This document shows, piece after piece, positions 1 through 14,000 of a stretch of 64,000 nucleotides of DNA. Source of the DNA: Marsupella aquatica (lineage: Eukaryota; Plantae; Marchantiophyta); assembly GCA_973895155.1 (NCBI GenBank), contig OZ316894.1, forward strand, positions 18,072,563 through 18,136,562. Reading direction: 5' to 3'. Each line of letters begins with the position of its first letter. Positions within the stretch are counted from its first letter, which is position 1. Made by a program: the position numbers and the translations under genes. Below the pieces are notes generated by a model that worked only from the letters and a program-made list of their open reading frames with translations, had not been told where the DNA came from and ran no database searches.

Positions 1-765
1 AAACCCTGACTCATTAACTGCTGATAGCAGCTTTTGGTATAATGAGAACACAATCCATGCTCGAACAAACCACTTAAGTAAGTCCAAGCACTTCATGGCG
101 AGGACTGATTTGATTTAGCACTTCATGGCGAGGACTGATTTGATTTACCACTTTTGGCCATCACAACTGTACAGTCTCACAAGAGTACTGAGATCGTCTC
201 ACAACCAAACTCTGATCATTAACTGTACAGTTGTGATGAATGAGTATCATGAAGGCTAACAGTTTTCAAGGAACTGTTAGCTTTCATAATATTCGACCAT
301 TGCAACTCTACAGTTTCACAAGAGAACTGAGACCTTCTCACAACCAAACTCTGACTCATTAACTGCTGATAGCAGCTTTTGGTATAATGAGAACGCAATC
401 CTAAACCCTAAATCACTTCATGGCAAGGATTGATTTTATTTACCACTTTTGGCCATCACAACTGTACAGTCTCACAAGAGTACTGAGATCGTCTCACAAC
501 CAAACTCTAAGCATTAATTGTACAGTTGTGATGGACGAGTATCATGAGGGCTAACAGTTTTCAAGGAACTGTTAGCCTTCATAATACTCGACCATCATAA
601 TTGTACAGTTTCACAAGAGAACTGAGACCCTCTCACAACCAAACTCTGACTCATTAACTGCTGATAGCAGCTTTTGGTATAATGAGAACGCAATCCATGC
701 TCCAACAAACCACTTCAGCAGGTCCAAGCACTTCATGGCGAGGACTGATTTGATTTACCACTTTT
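1..765. repeat. Tandem satellite, ~295-bp unit, ~2.5 copies visible (probably continues left of the window), with internal inverted repeats
   Basis: ctgactcattaactgctgatagcagcttttggtataatgagaac recurs at ~6, ~351 and ~646. actgtacagtctcacaagagtactgagatcgtctcacaaccaaactct recurs at ~168 and ~461. gcacttcatggcgaggactgatttgattta is duplicated at ~88 and ~118. Confidence 0.92.
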
Positions 766-2031
766 ATGCCTTGGCGCAATGAAGGACATACCATGTCTGC
801 TCAAATCAAATGGTTTTGAGAAAGTAAGAGAAGAAATTTCCCTGGATTCCAGATCCACATGGGAGCAGCATCGGTTTTTTCAGGTTCACTCGGGATGATT
901 CCGAGTGTGATGCAAGAAAACTGCCGCCATGCCATTCATGTGAAAATTCTTCCTTGTATGTCTCATGTGGATCTCTTGAACTTCTAACCGCCTTTCTGTG
1001 TTATACCAAATATGCCCACAAAGAAGAAATGGACACTGGAAATTTTGATACGGGTCATAACTACGGAGTGGACGAAGGTACTTCACAATCTTGTGCAATT
1101 TGAAGCGAAAAACACCTCCCTCCAGGTCAAGTTCGAAATTATCACCCCCATTAAGCAAACATATCTCAGAGTCTACACCCCAATGAAGCAAATGTCTGAG
1201 AATTGTCAGTCTGTTAATTATTAGTAGCTAGATTGTTAGTAAGAAAGTCTTCTAGTTACCTTCCCTTCAAGAAACAAAATGTGAAAAAAAAGTTTCATGT
1301 GGCGACTGAGGCCTAATCATTTCGGACCTAATTGGAAATGGGTAAATTGGGACATTTTGTTGACACAGTCACAGACAACGAATAACAGAAATAGTTCGAC
1401 TATGCCCGTGCCTGACAGGGAGGGTTAAGAGGGTGGGAAGGGCAGGTCATGGTCAGTTAATACCCAGGTCCATTGTCACGTTTCCAGATAGGTGGTGCCA
1501 CTTTTCATTCATTTCCAATTCAATTTGTCAAATTACTTTGTAGAGCACCCTGTCCTAGCTTTTTCGTGCCCCTTCATCCTTCCCATGTTCATTGAATTTG
1601 AATGGAATCTAAAACCTTGACGGGATAGCCAATGGGACCTTAAACTGAAAATCCAGAAATTGACGTGACCCCAGGAAGAATTACTTGAAATTACATACTG
1701 CTGCTGCAAAATCCTCACGGTGAATTCTCAAAACCCACGGTCCTCATGCATGATAGAACAGACCCTCCTACTACCACACTTTTTGCTCTGGGGGAACTAA
1801 TGTGACTTGTCTTTTCTCTATCCTCAGTTCCCAGCCATTACATGTTGTTCCCAGGATACAAACATATATACACGAGCTATATTTCCTTGGTGTGTTGACC
1901 AATCATTTCACTTTCACGGGAATTCTAAATCACTACATCCGTCATGTGGAATGGGCAAAATTGAGTAGATCCCCCCGAACAGATCTGTATGAGTTGAGAC
2001 ATTATATTCAACGATGCGGTGTATCAATAGA

Positions 2032-5000
2032 TTACACAGAGGGGAAACTTGCAACGGAGATCAGGCCCTGAAGGAGTTGCTGGAGTTCCTCCGAAGCAAC
2101 AATCCCCAATTGTAGCATTTCAACCAAAATTGACTCCTGTAACTCTGCAAAAGCCATCCAAAGCAAGGGTCTCAGTGCTTTCAGACATTTACGCACCGTA
2201 CTTACTATCACAACTTACAATGGCAAACGATTTGATACAAGATGCCCAGGAGATCCGAAGAGGGTAACTAAGGGCATAGTTGCGCATCAACGACTGATCC
2301 AGGCCCCATGGCACCAAAAGTAAGACTGGTAACTCTCAGATGTGGAAAAGAAGAGCAACCAAGCAGTTGTATCGATCTAATCACAAGGGAAATCCACACA
2401 GCCATATCAAGTTTAACATGTCACCCCCACATTGCTTATATTCACTTGGATATCTGGGATATGAAGCATAGCTAAACTTTCTTCCTTTATCTCTTCACAT
2501 CATGAGCTGAAGCTGGACTGGACAGTCCATTACCAAGGAAAAACAATTTCAGTAGAGGTACCTGGGGAGAAGTGGAAAAATCGAGATGCATTGCGAGCTG
2601 CGGACTTTGCACGCGCTACATCAGATGATCTCAACTGTTCAAGCAACCCTTGTACAATATTTGACGCGCTCCGGTCACTGCACAGAAACATCACGGTACA
2701 AAATTCCTCTTTATTCAATATTTACTGAGCCTCAATTTACTCAAGGAACGTTCGCTGGACATCAAACATAAGAGAATGGATCCCAGGTTTCAGTAGTTGC
2801 CTCTAGCTGACTATGAGTACTTTTTGAGAGTGTTGACAAGATTTAGATGGATAGTACAATGTACGCTGTTATGACTCACTCATCTGTCCTGGTGGAAGTG
2901 GTACAATGAAAACTGGACAGGGCCATACATTGACTGGTACAGCGAAAATTGGACGTCACTCTACTGAGATGTTCAGACGAGTGCCGCTTTGATTGACTAT
3001 ATGGCCCTCAAGACCGGTGAAATAGGAAGACACCAATGAGCACAAATTAGAGTACGATCAAGAAGACTTAAAGTAGCTACTGTCACCTTTGAAAGCCACT
3101 AAAATTGTTGCCTAGGACAACACGTGAACCAACAGATTACCTTGGACAATGCAGTAGAGAACGTTCGAGGAGATTGTATATTCGCTCTCTGATGGGGGAA
3201 TCTTTAACCATTGTTAACTGTACCAGAGAGTCTTCAAAAACAGTTAAGATAGCTGGCATTCGGGACGAAGCTCGCTCCAGGTCGTTCAATGTAGCAACTA
3301 AGTTTCCTTCTTCGAAATTGTTTCCGCCCTAACAACAAAAATCCACACCGGCCACAGTATAATTATCTGCAGCTCAAATCTAGTCATTACGACAATTCAC
3401 AATTCACATCAACTGCGCATTGGGTTTTACGACGATGCAACTATCTAAACTCAGCATAACAAGGACAATCAAAAAACCTCTGTGACAGTTGATTTGTTCA
3501 CAAAAAGCACCGCCGCCCTCCTTTCCCTCCGGAAACCCAAATAAAAAGCCCAAAAAAACTATGACATATGAAGAGAGTGGAAAAATCCAACTTTACCATT
3601 TTGAAGACTTGGATTGGTTTCTCAGTGCTGTAAATCGACAGTCCTTGCTCTTTCCGCGATTCCCCAGCGAAAAGCTCAATGCACTGCTGCAGCTGGGTGC
3701 GGACCTTCAGAATATCATCAAGGGCGATTGAAGATGATGTTGGTTGTGGATATGATACATTGTTCCAAGGTTGAGTTATGACTGCACCTGACGAGGACAT
3801 TTCCTCAGGAGGGCTTACCTCAGGTTTGTCTAAAAGACTCAGTAAAAATCCAATCTTCTTAAGTTTTGAAAAAGTCTGGGCAGTTGTCTCAAGGATCGGT
3901 ACCCGGTGGGCCGCTACATACTCGCGACTCCTTCCTCCAGCAACCACACAATGGCATAGGAAATCTGAGAAGCGAGCCACCACTTTTGCTAGGAGGGATC
4001 GGTCTTGAACATCAAGATTCCCTAAAATTTGGAAATAAAGATCTAAAATCGACTCGAGATGAGTCTTCGGGTTTTTGAAATCTGAATTTTTCGATGGTGA
4101 AATTCTTACTTCTGATCCATGAGATAACCAACGACGTTGTGGTGACGAACCCTCTAAGTTTTTGTAATTTGCGCTGCTGTCGAGTATGACATGAGGTCGA
4201 AGGGCATCAAGCAATCCAAGGCCTACAAAGAAAGCCCGTATAACTGATTGACGTGATTGGAGCTCACCTTGCCGCAAATGTGGCAGCAATTCCTGCCCAA
4301 AGCAGCCAGCACATTTCAGATCATGTGATCGAGTGATCTAGACGATTTCCTAAAGAAATTACCCTGGGTCTATCTGACCTGGTTTTAAAGTGAACAGTGG
4401 TAGAAAGAGTGCGTACCTTCAACAACAGTCTCAATGATAGGAGGTGAGGCATCACTAATAATGGATGCTGTCGCGCAAATTCTTGGCAGAATCCTGCAGA
4501 GTCAGATAAGAAAACACAGCGATCTTTATACTTCTACAGTAAAAACCTTTGACGGAAAACGAAGATATCACGTGTAAAGCACGACATGGACTATGGCCAA
4601 CAAGAGAGATTTGCCAGCAAGCACATTGCATACCATAGGCCGCATTAGACTCCTTCTCATTTCCTGTGCACATAGACCGAAGAGCATTGTGTATCACAAT
4701 GTTCAGAGAACATGTCTGCAGAGAATCCATGGGGGGTCCAACTTCAAGTCAGTGGATAGATGTCTTCCTTCAATGCAAGGTTTCTCAGTTCCTTTTCTAC
4801 ACGTCTCCTACTATCTTATGAACTTGAAATTTTGAATCCGTGGACTTTAAATTCATTCATTTATCATTTGATCTCCTTCCAGTGTCGCTTCTAAAAGAAT
4901 CTCAGGGCTAAGTTGATGATTTTCATTACCTTCTTTAATGTCCTGGCTATACTTATCATACCATCCTTTTGAAGCTCCACAACTCACCTGTCGTATGCTG

Positions 5001-8000
5001 GGGATGTCACTATGACCTTTCCTTTCTTCAATTAACAGCAATTTGTTGTCTGAAGAATGTAGCACTGCTTTCACAGAAACTGGAAAGGCAAGATATAGAC
5101 CCTCGAGAAAATCCTGTGCAACTGCCTTGGTAGCACCTTTAGGAAATGTCTTCGTGATTGTGTCAGTGACCTCATCACCTAAACTATCCTCGTAAGAATT
5201 CCTGTCACAACCAACAAATGTTTGATGATGCTAAATTGCGTCAAGCTATTTTTCGGATGTGATGAAGGGCCCAGGTCAAAGAGTTTCTCAGCTTGAAAAT
5301 TATGCACCTAAGAGGAAAATTTTGAAAGACTCAAATTGCAACACTGCAGTAGAGAAAATAGCTCAGTCAACAGATCAATATTTCTTCAGAATTTCTTTAA
5401 AAATGTTAATGGTACTTACAGCTCTTGAACAATGGCACCTGTAATATGAGAACCTTGAGAAGCTGCTAGTAACAATATTTGCAAACACCGTTTATAAGGA
5501 GAGAGAGTCTGCCGCTCAAGGCCACCTACATATTGTTGGATCCACAGATTCGAACTTGTCAGACTGACAAAATCTGTATCGTTTCCCAACTTTGTGGCAA
5601 CACAAGCCAAGACTGCAAGATTTGTTAAAACGCGTGCTGCTGCCGGATCCAACCAGGACCACACTAGCGTTGAACTTGAACTCTGCATCGAAGGAGTATA
5701 CACACACAAATAACAGTTAGCTCCACTACATCGCATAATCTCTTTAAAATGCATTAGACAGGACAACACCACGAGCACGACCTTCGAGAACATTACTGGG
5801 GAAAGACGAACAGATCTGATCAAGTAACGACATTATTCAGTTGATACAAATTCAAGCGCTAAAACAGGTGAAAGTTACTGCAAGACCCTGATCTCCTCAT
5901 TAAAATATTTCTATAAAATCCAACAAGTTGCTAGGTGAGGTTCAACCATATCACATTGGCGATCAACCAACTTTGCGCGTGGATGTTGAATGCACAAGGA
6001 AATAAACTCCATCACAGCTTCTTGTCCAAGAACTCTGTTAGTGGCATCACCAGATATATGGCTAGAGTCTCCATTTTCCCAGGAACCAGGCTTTAGAAGG
6101 CACTTAGAAGTCCCTGAATTCCATTCTGTTCCAAGCAAAAAATGGAAGACCCTTGACAGTGTATTCCATGAAGTTCGATGCAGCAAATGAGTAAGCGCAA
6201 CTGGTATGGTGCAGGTTGCGGGAGTTTCTCTTGATTCTCCTTGGAGGCGAGATATGTCAAGTAGTGACAAAAGCAGCCCTTCGGATTGAAATGCTTGATC
6301 AAAGAACCCCAGAAACTCCATAACAAGCCCATAGAGCCCACCATACTCGATCTGACTTCTTAGACATGTGGCAGCTGATGTAGGTTTCAGGGACTCTGCA
6401 GGGAAACTATCTCTGGACCTCCATTTTCTTAGAAGACGAACAAGACTTTCTGCTATCCCAGATACGGAGAGGGAGCCTGGATATGAGTTCTCATTGAGTA
6501 GACTGGATTCATCCCATAGTGAAGACAACTTTTGACGCAAGAAAAGTCTCACAAGCGCTTCGATTCTGTTCACAGAAGCAACTTCTAATTCCTTGGACGT
6601 GATGCTTTGATTGGCACTTACAATCTCTTGACCACCAGTGTCCAACGTTCCTTCCGCTGACTCCCTCAATTTCGTTGCTATCAGATTAACTAAACTTGAT
6701 ATAAAACCAGTATTCTTCGTGCAATTTAAAGATAATGTATCATTCTCAATAATAGCAAGTTTCTGTTCAAGATTTCTCAGAAGCAATGAAGCTGAAGCAA
6801 AGACTTTGGAATCTGCACCACGGCATGAATGTGAAATGTCCGTTGATCTGGTGTATATGCTGGCAGGCCTTGGATATGAAACCACCGAGGTGGGACTGCT
6901 ACACATGGAGACAGCGGTATACTCGGATAAAATTGCAATAATGGGTAAACCACATGACAAAAATCTCCAGTTAGCCAGACCGTCACCTTCTGCTTTCTCA
7001 AAAAATCTGAAAACTTTGATGGCACAATAGTTGATTCCTTCTTCCCAATCACTGATCATCATGGTTTGGAGATACTTCCGAAGCTGTAAATAATACCCAG
7101 GTCTGCCCCAAAATTTCTCCCGGTCAACAGCCTTTTCTCCCTTTCCGTTTCCGGTGAGACACCCAAATACATAGTCCACGATCTCCTCCAGCAACTTTTT
7201 GGAAGGGTAAGCTATTGGACTCGACTCAAATGATGATGAATCGGGTTGTTCCTGCCCCAGTGTCGGCCGGGGTAGAAGCGGTGGCTGATCCACTGAACTA
7301 GTTATTGTTAAATGCTCAAGAATCCTGAAACATTGGAAACAAAGAAGACATCGTTGAGCACTGCACAAGATTACTGTGCTAATGTGAGCTTCTTGCTAAA
7401 AAAATAGCTCAAAGTACGACAATAATCGTAGGTATCAACTCTTTAGCAAGGTATGGAAAGACGAGCATTACTGTCCACTTATCGTTTCCTCTGCAAGGCT
7501 TTAGGCTTCTATCTTACCTTAGTAAATTTCCACCACCCTTGTTCTCTGCTTTCACAATTGTCTGTACACAGCTCCTAAGCTTCTTCAATCTCTGCATTGC
7601 AAAGCTGCCAGACCCTAAAAACATTTCGAGCCTGCAGAGCATTTATCCAGAGGCATATGCAAAGATGATTAACACAATTAGTGAGCATATTCAACCTTGT
7701 AAGTTGAGGCTTTCCAATCCAATAAACCTGAACCTTATTGGTGACACAACCGGACTACAAGATCCAAAGTATAGTTCCATGGACTTGTAGCTCAGGTCTA
7801 TCCTCAGAGTGCCCCTTTGTCTACTCATTGTGTGACCGCACTAGGGGACCAGAGAATTAATCATACATACGATTACTTCTCTCCTATTCAATTAGAAACG
7901 CAAGTAGATGATCGTCAAAAACCACGGCAAGCAGCAAACATAAATTGCACTCACCTCATGTCCTTCTGATTATTCAGATCAGTGAGTAGAGCTGCTGCAC

Positions 8001-11000
8001 CTTCTGAGGACAAACCAAAGCTTTCACAAAGCTCCAATTTGGATTGTATAGACAGGATAGAGAGACCTGTCTCAATCAAAATTTGAACTGGTCAAGAAAC
8101 TCGAACTCTTGAATTAAACTTGTTGGGGACACTAGCATACGAAATCCCAAATTTCAGTCCAAATCGCAGTTCTTGGCATACTAAATACATTCCAATGACG
8201 TAATACTGAGTGACTTACCGGTGCTTGAATTCCAGAAGCCCAAGTGGGTTATGGGCGAGTATTCAAAAATTGATAAAGGATAACTGATTGATTTTGAAGT
8301 TCCAAGGTCTGGAATTGAGGCAGGGAACACCTAGAGCAAACTAATACCACATGTATTTGGGCTCCAAGGGTTGCAAACTTTGATACGTTTGATCGAATGC
8401 ATGTTGCAAGTCAACCCTGATTCTTATGGTAAGGAGTACACCAAAAAGGCAATTCACAGAATTGAGATCAAACAGAGTCAACACAAGCCAAATTAACTCT
8501 CCCATTGGGGATATCTAGATCTACCGACACAATCTAAGGCAGGAACTTGTAAAAACACCGAGAACGTACGATTAGTGGAATGAACTGCTACCTGCTTTGA
8601 CAAGCCTTGCATTCTTGCTCCGGACAAAACTCTTAGCCTGAAGTTCAGACAAAATTGGCCTTTTCCCACTCCCTTCCTCCAGCCATCCGACTGGAATGTC
8701 CGCATCCCACCTCCAGGTCGGATCCAAACCATCGAAACTTGGAAAAAGGAGATTTAACAGCTGCTGGAACCCCAGGTTTATAGTTTTGTCTTCTGTTTCC
8801 TCTTGGCCGAGCAAAGAAAGAACCTCCACAGCAGCATCAATCACCACCTTGTGAACGCTCACTCGCATGAGGGCCGGCTCCTTAGTATCAAATGTGATGT
8901 GAGGTAACACAAGTGTGACAATCGGTGACTGGATAAGGCCAAGCTCATTCCACGTCACATCATTGACAGTCCCTGATTCCAAAGGTTTGCACAGAGATTC
9001 TACGACAAGCTCTACTGTCGCTGCACGACTGACATGTGTGGAATCGATTATATCCTTCGCGGAGACAAAACTTGATGATGGTCCCAAAAGTAAACTCGAG
9101 GCCACCATCTCCCTATGCACGATAAAACTTGCAAGAGAGCATGCTAGAGACGTCCTTGACAGGTGCTTCTTCAAGAAATCCAAATAGGCCACCACCTACA
9201 TGCAGACCATACAAGAAATCCCTCACTTATCAGGATCGTTAATCCAAACAATCCCAGCATATTTAACGGTGCGGTTCGCGGCTGGGGATTTCCTGGAGCT
9301 CCTTCATAATATTGATGCAGTAACATTTAACATATCTGTTAAGTGGTAAAATTGGGAAGTTTACTGTTTTGCCGCTAAGAAACACGTATAAATACCAGAA
9401 TGCCCCCATTTCAATAACTATACTGCCCATATTTATGTACATACACCAAACTAGGGTCTGAACTAAAATGATTCAACGGACAGAAACAAGAAGATCACGA
9501 AACAAGAACCAAGAACTGTCCGTATGAGTAAACTTAAGCAGTATAAGAAAAGAAGGCCAAACTTGTGATTTAGTTTGCTAAGAGGGAATTCCAATGATTC
9601 CGACCTTTTCCAGGGGAAGATTGCAAAATGCCAACGTAAATTTGGGATATGAAGAATAAATTGGATCCCATAATCTATACTAACACCAACCAAAGCACAA
9701 CAATCCACCTCGGGCCCCCATGTGGGTGTGACAGGTAATAATAGTTTAAGCCTTTCAAAGGAAGCGCAACCTCTAGAGTAATAAAGTTCTCTTTAAACAC
9801 CTAGTTCTGCAGGATCCAGAAGAGATGAGCACAGGTACAACTAACCACAAGTATCGTGTTTTCTTGTTGAACAGCCGTCAGAATAGCCGGCACCAACACA
9901 CTTACTACCCTCGATGCAGTTGGCCATTTCTCCAGATTTTCAAGCCACCTACACTCATCTGTATTTCCAGATTGTGTCCAGGATGCGAATCTGTCCTGTT
10001 CCCCATCCTTAGCTACTGATGCATGGTTACCGCCAGGTGAAACCCTCAAATTGCCTGCAGGTAAGCTTGCACTGTTTGCTGAAGAAATATGAACACCAAA
10101 AGCGTTCGTATTTGGGCCCTGAGAACTGGTGATCGAAGCAACCAAGGCTTTCTTTGCAGATCCCGATACATTATCACTGCTGACTTGGTTAACCCCGCTC
10201 TTAACCGGAGGGACAACATTGACAGTTGCAATTCCAGGAGGATCCACTCGTTTACTGTCTTGTGGAGAAGTAGGCACCGAAGTGCTCAGGTCTGATGCGC
10301 TGGTCGGGAAAGCATCAAATAGACATAAAAAGCAGCGACGGGCCTGAACTCGTACAACACCGCTCTTTGCAACTAGTTTTCGGGCCAGAAAGCCTACGAC
10401 AGATTCTATGTCCGCTTCATTTGTCTGCAGATGAACAATGACTTTACGCAAACATGAAACCAGCTTTCCAATGTCCAGTGATAGCTTCCGAATTAAAGGA
10501 TATTGTCCTTCGTGCATGAACAGCAATTCACACTGGAGAATACACACAAACGATCGTCAACTCTCCGGAATTCTGTATTCATTGCAAAAGTAGCAAAAGA
10601 ATAGAAGCTTCTGAAATTAACGAATCAACAACCACGTGTCCAAACCGAGATCAAAGCTCATTGCTCCTATCCCCATCCACACTCGGTACCAACGTTCAAT
10701 ATAACTGGCTTAATTGGACTGCATGTGAGGGGGAGCAGAGGGTTACCTGCCACACCGGCGGGATGAAACTAATGACATCTGGTGCTTGGACCAATATCCT
10801 TTGCAGCCATGGCCAAGCCTGTGGCAATGTCTGCAAGGCATTACAAAGCCATGGCAACACATTGTAACTCTACCACTCTGGCATCATGATCAACAGTATT
10901 AAATTGAAGAAAATTGGGCTCTACGTCGAGAGCAAGAGCCATTGCCATAATAGTAGTGGTCCTCGACAAATGGGAACTACTAGCTTGGACGATGTTAAAA

Positions 11001-14000
11001 ATGGATCACTGAGTAAATCTCATAGAGGATTCTTAGGTGACAAAAAACACTCGGTCATCTATTTTATTGAGAACGGTTCTCTTGAGAAAAATATCTTCAC
11101 GTGCTAATGACGAAAAATGTACCCACCTGTTGCTTCGTGATTTCAGCAAAAAAATCTGGACTCCGGGATTTTCGCAGAAGATGCCCAAGTTGATAGGTTG
11201 CATCAACTCTATCCAATTCAGCAACTGCCGACTTTGGAGGCCTCCTAGTAGACCCTGTCTGGATGAGAAACATTACTTTTCCTTTCCATTCCCCACTTTG
11301 GCTAGTCGAATGGGAGCCTGGCCAAGACATGGGGGTGCCGTGGGTGTCACTGTCTGTGGACGTAGGGTCATTGCGCCTCTTCTCCATTACATCGAGGAAA
11401 GCAGATACAGCTTCCTCGGCTTTGCTATCCCGGTGCTCTGCTTCCAGCTCAAGCTTTTTTACCTCTGAAAATATCACCTTGTCGACACTGCACCCAGAGT
11501 CTACAGCATCAGCGCTGATTCACTCCCCTAATGCCACCATCTAAGAGCATAAGAATTAAGATTAAGCAGCATCATAGCCTGTCTGTGGCTTCTACCATAC
11601 TGTTAGACATAACAAACCTGGCTAAGAAATTGCATTTCTGGAGCACATAGTTAAGGCCTAACATATTTCTCAAGAGACCTTTTCCACCTACCCAATAGGC
11701 AGAAACGTCCGGGTGCATGTCAAAAGAGCCTCCATCAAAGACCTAATGGTTGGCAGATTTTCCCAGACAAACCAGCCAATTGTACCAGGATTATAAGCCG
11801 CAATGATTAGCACTACAAGGCAAGCTCGCCAATACATATCCTTTACCTGCACAAGAGTAGCGCAAAATGTTCCAGTGACCATGTGCAGTACCCAAGACAA
11901 TACAGAGAAGACTACTACAAATATTGATCAACGAGTTCTGGACGAATATGAATCTAAAGGGAAGAGCCGCAACAAGCTTGTACACAGTATCAGCAGTTTG
12001 TTCCACGTTTTACTAAAGAGCCATTCAAAAACCAGTGATGCCAGTTACTGGAAGTAAGGTCAGCGATATACTATGATATGTAATTAGAGCTAAATCTTGT
12101 AAAATGTCAAAAGACATTTCTGAATGAGAAAATAATAAATTTACCACAAGTTGGGGTACAGGTTGTTGGATGACGCCAGGTATATTGACAGATGCAAGCT
12201 TGAAGATAGCTGCTGGGAGCTGCAGAGACCAATGAATTACATTACAAAGTAGGTCGCCATCCTTGCAAGACTCCGCATAAAGGCGAACGACGATTCTTCA
12301 ACTATTAGATTGACCAATCAAAATCATTACAGGACAGCAGCTTAAAGCCTACAATCTTGACTCCATAGAGATAGTGACTCCAATATCCCTATTAAAATTC
12401 CATGTGGCCACAATTAAAGCAAACGACTGGTAATTTAGGAACTTCAGATCAGAATCATACACAACTTTCTAGGTGCACTCTAACCTGTACGCTTGCAGCT
12501 GTCAAAGCCCCATCCATGTGCTTGTTCAAAGAGGCTGCTCTCCACACAAGGCGTTCAATGAGCTTCAAGGCCTCACTTTGAGAGAGTGGATAGTTCTGCA
12601 TAGCAAAAGAAGAAGCACTGTCTTACATGTGATTTGGGAGTACTTGGTTTCCAAAACGTGATGTTAAGAAGAGGCTTGTAAGTGAAGCACATCTACCCCG
12701 CAAACTATTCTGTAGCTAGACAAATAGAAACACCCATCTTCATTTCTAATACTGACCCACAAAGATTTAAGGTCAAGAGAGATAATCGCTAGCCCATTTT
12801 GCTCGGATCCAGACCACATACTACTGTCTGACGTATCTTACTGCAGTTCCACAAGTCCTTCTCATGACCCCACCGGTTCAAGTCCGTTATTACCCAAGGG
12901 TTCTCCATCATCTTAATTATGGATTGAATCTAGCGTCTGAATACATGTAATAATTCGATTGATCGGTAGTCGGTATATTCCCATCGGCCGGCTGGTGGGA
13001 ACGAGAAACTTAGCATCTGAAGCGTCGTAATAGGAAAGCGGGGTGAAAAACGAAGGATGGACCCTACATTTCTTTCGTAGACATCCCAAAAACTCGCATA
13101 AAATATGAAGTTAAGTTCTTCAAAAAATGAGGCAAGTGCAACGCAGTACTCACAGATATTGCCATGAGTATCAAGCGTGCCAATATTTCTTCAGGAGCAG
13201 GAAGGCACGAACTCAGAAGTCGAAAGGAAACTAAATCTACCTCACTTGCGTTCTCACTAGTGCCAAGGTACACCTGCAGCGATGAAGGAAATAAATTCCA
13301 GTCAGCAGCCTTGAATTAATGTGTTAGCGAGGTTGGTGAAATGCGCCGAGAATTGAATCAATTGACAAGCTGACAGAAAATCATCCATGTGATGTATACA
13401 AACCTCAGAGTTTTCCAAGAAAAGAAGCTGTCGAACAATACGTGTAAATTCATTTTCGTCCATAGAGGGAAGGTAGACTGCCAAGACATCGGTACACCAA
13501 GCCACAGCCTCCACCTGGTTGAGACAACATCAATTTCTCTTCAGTAAAGAGAAGTGGTCTGATTTACTCTTCAGTTATTTGGCCATGGAGAACCCGCAGT
13601 AGTCTAGCAAGGCTGGAATTTACTTCCTTGTTTACAGAGTTTACATGTATCAATGACAAAAGGAATGACTTCAAAACACTGTTGAGAAAACAACTTCAGA
13701 CTCATAAGCTGCTTCTTGGTGGGTGTCCGGGCAGATGAATGTAGCACGCGACTTTACAGGGAATTCCCTAATACGCCTCAAAACACCGTTGCCAGGATCC
13801 TGGTATGCCCCCTTGTTTGTCTGGATAACTATTAGGTACCCTTCTGTCTTCTGACATGATCTTTTGGGTCGCAACAGACTGCAGGTTTGGATTAAATTAG
13901 AGACATCTACTAACTGAGAAAGCTTCATAGAGTATCAAGAATTACTTGCTGCATCTCTTAACTTCAAGAAGTATGAATGGAGAGATCTGCAAATCCAAGA

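Noticed and set aside
886-1224. Short ORFs beside the satellite as a transposase fragment
   Set aside because: No motif I can recognise.
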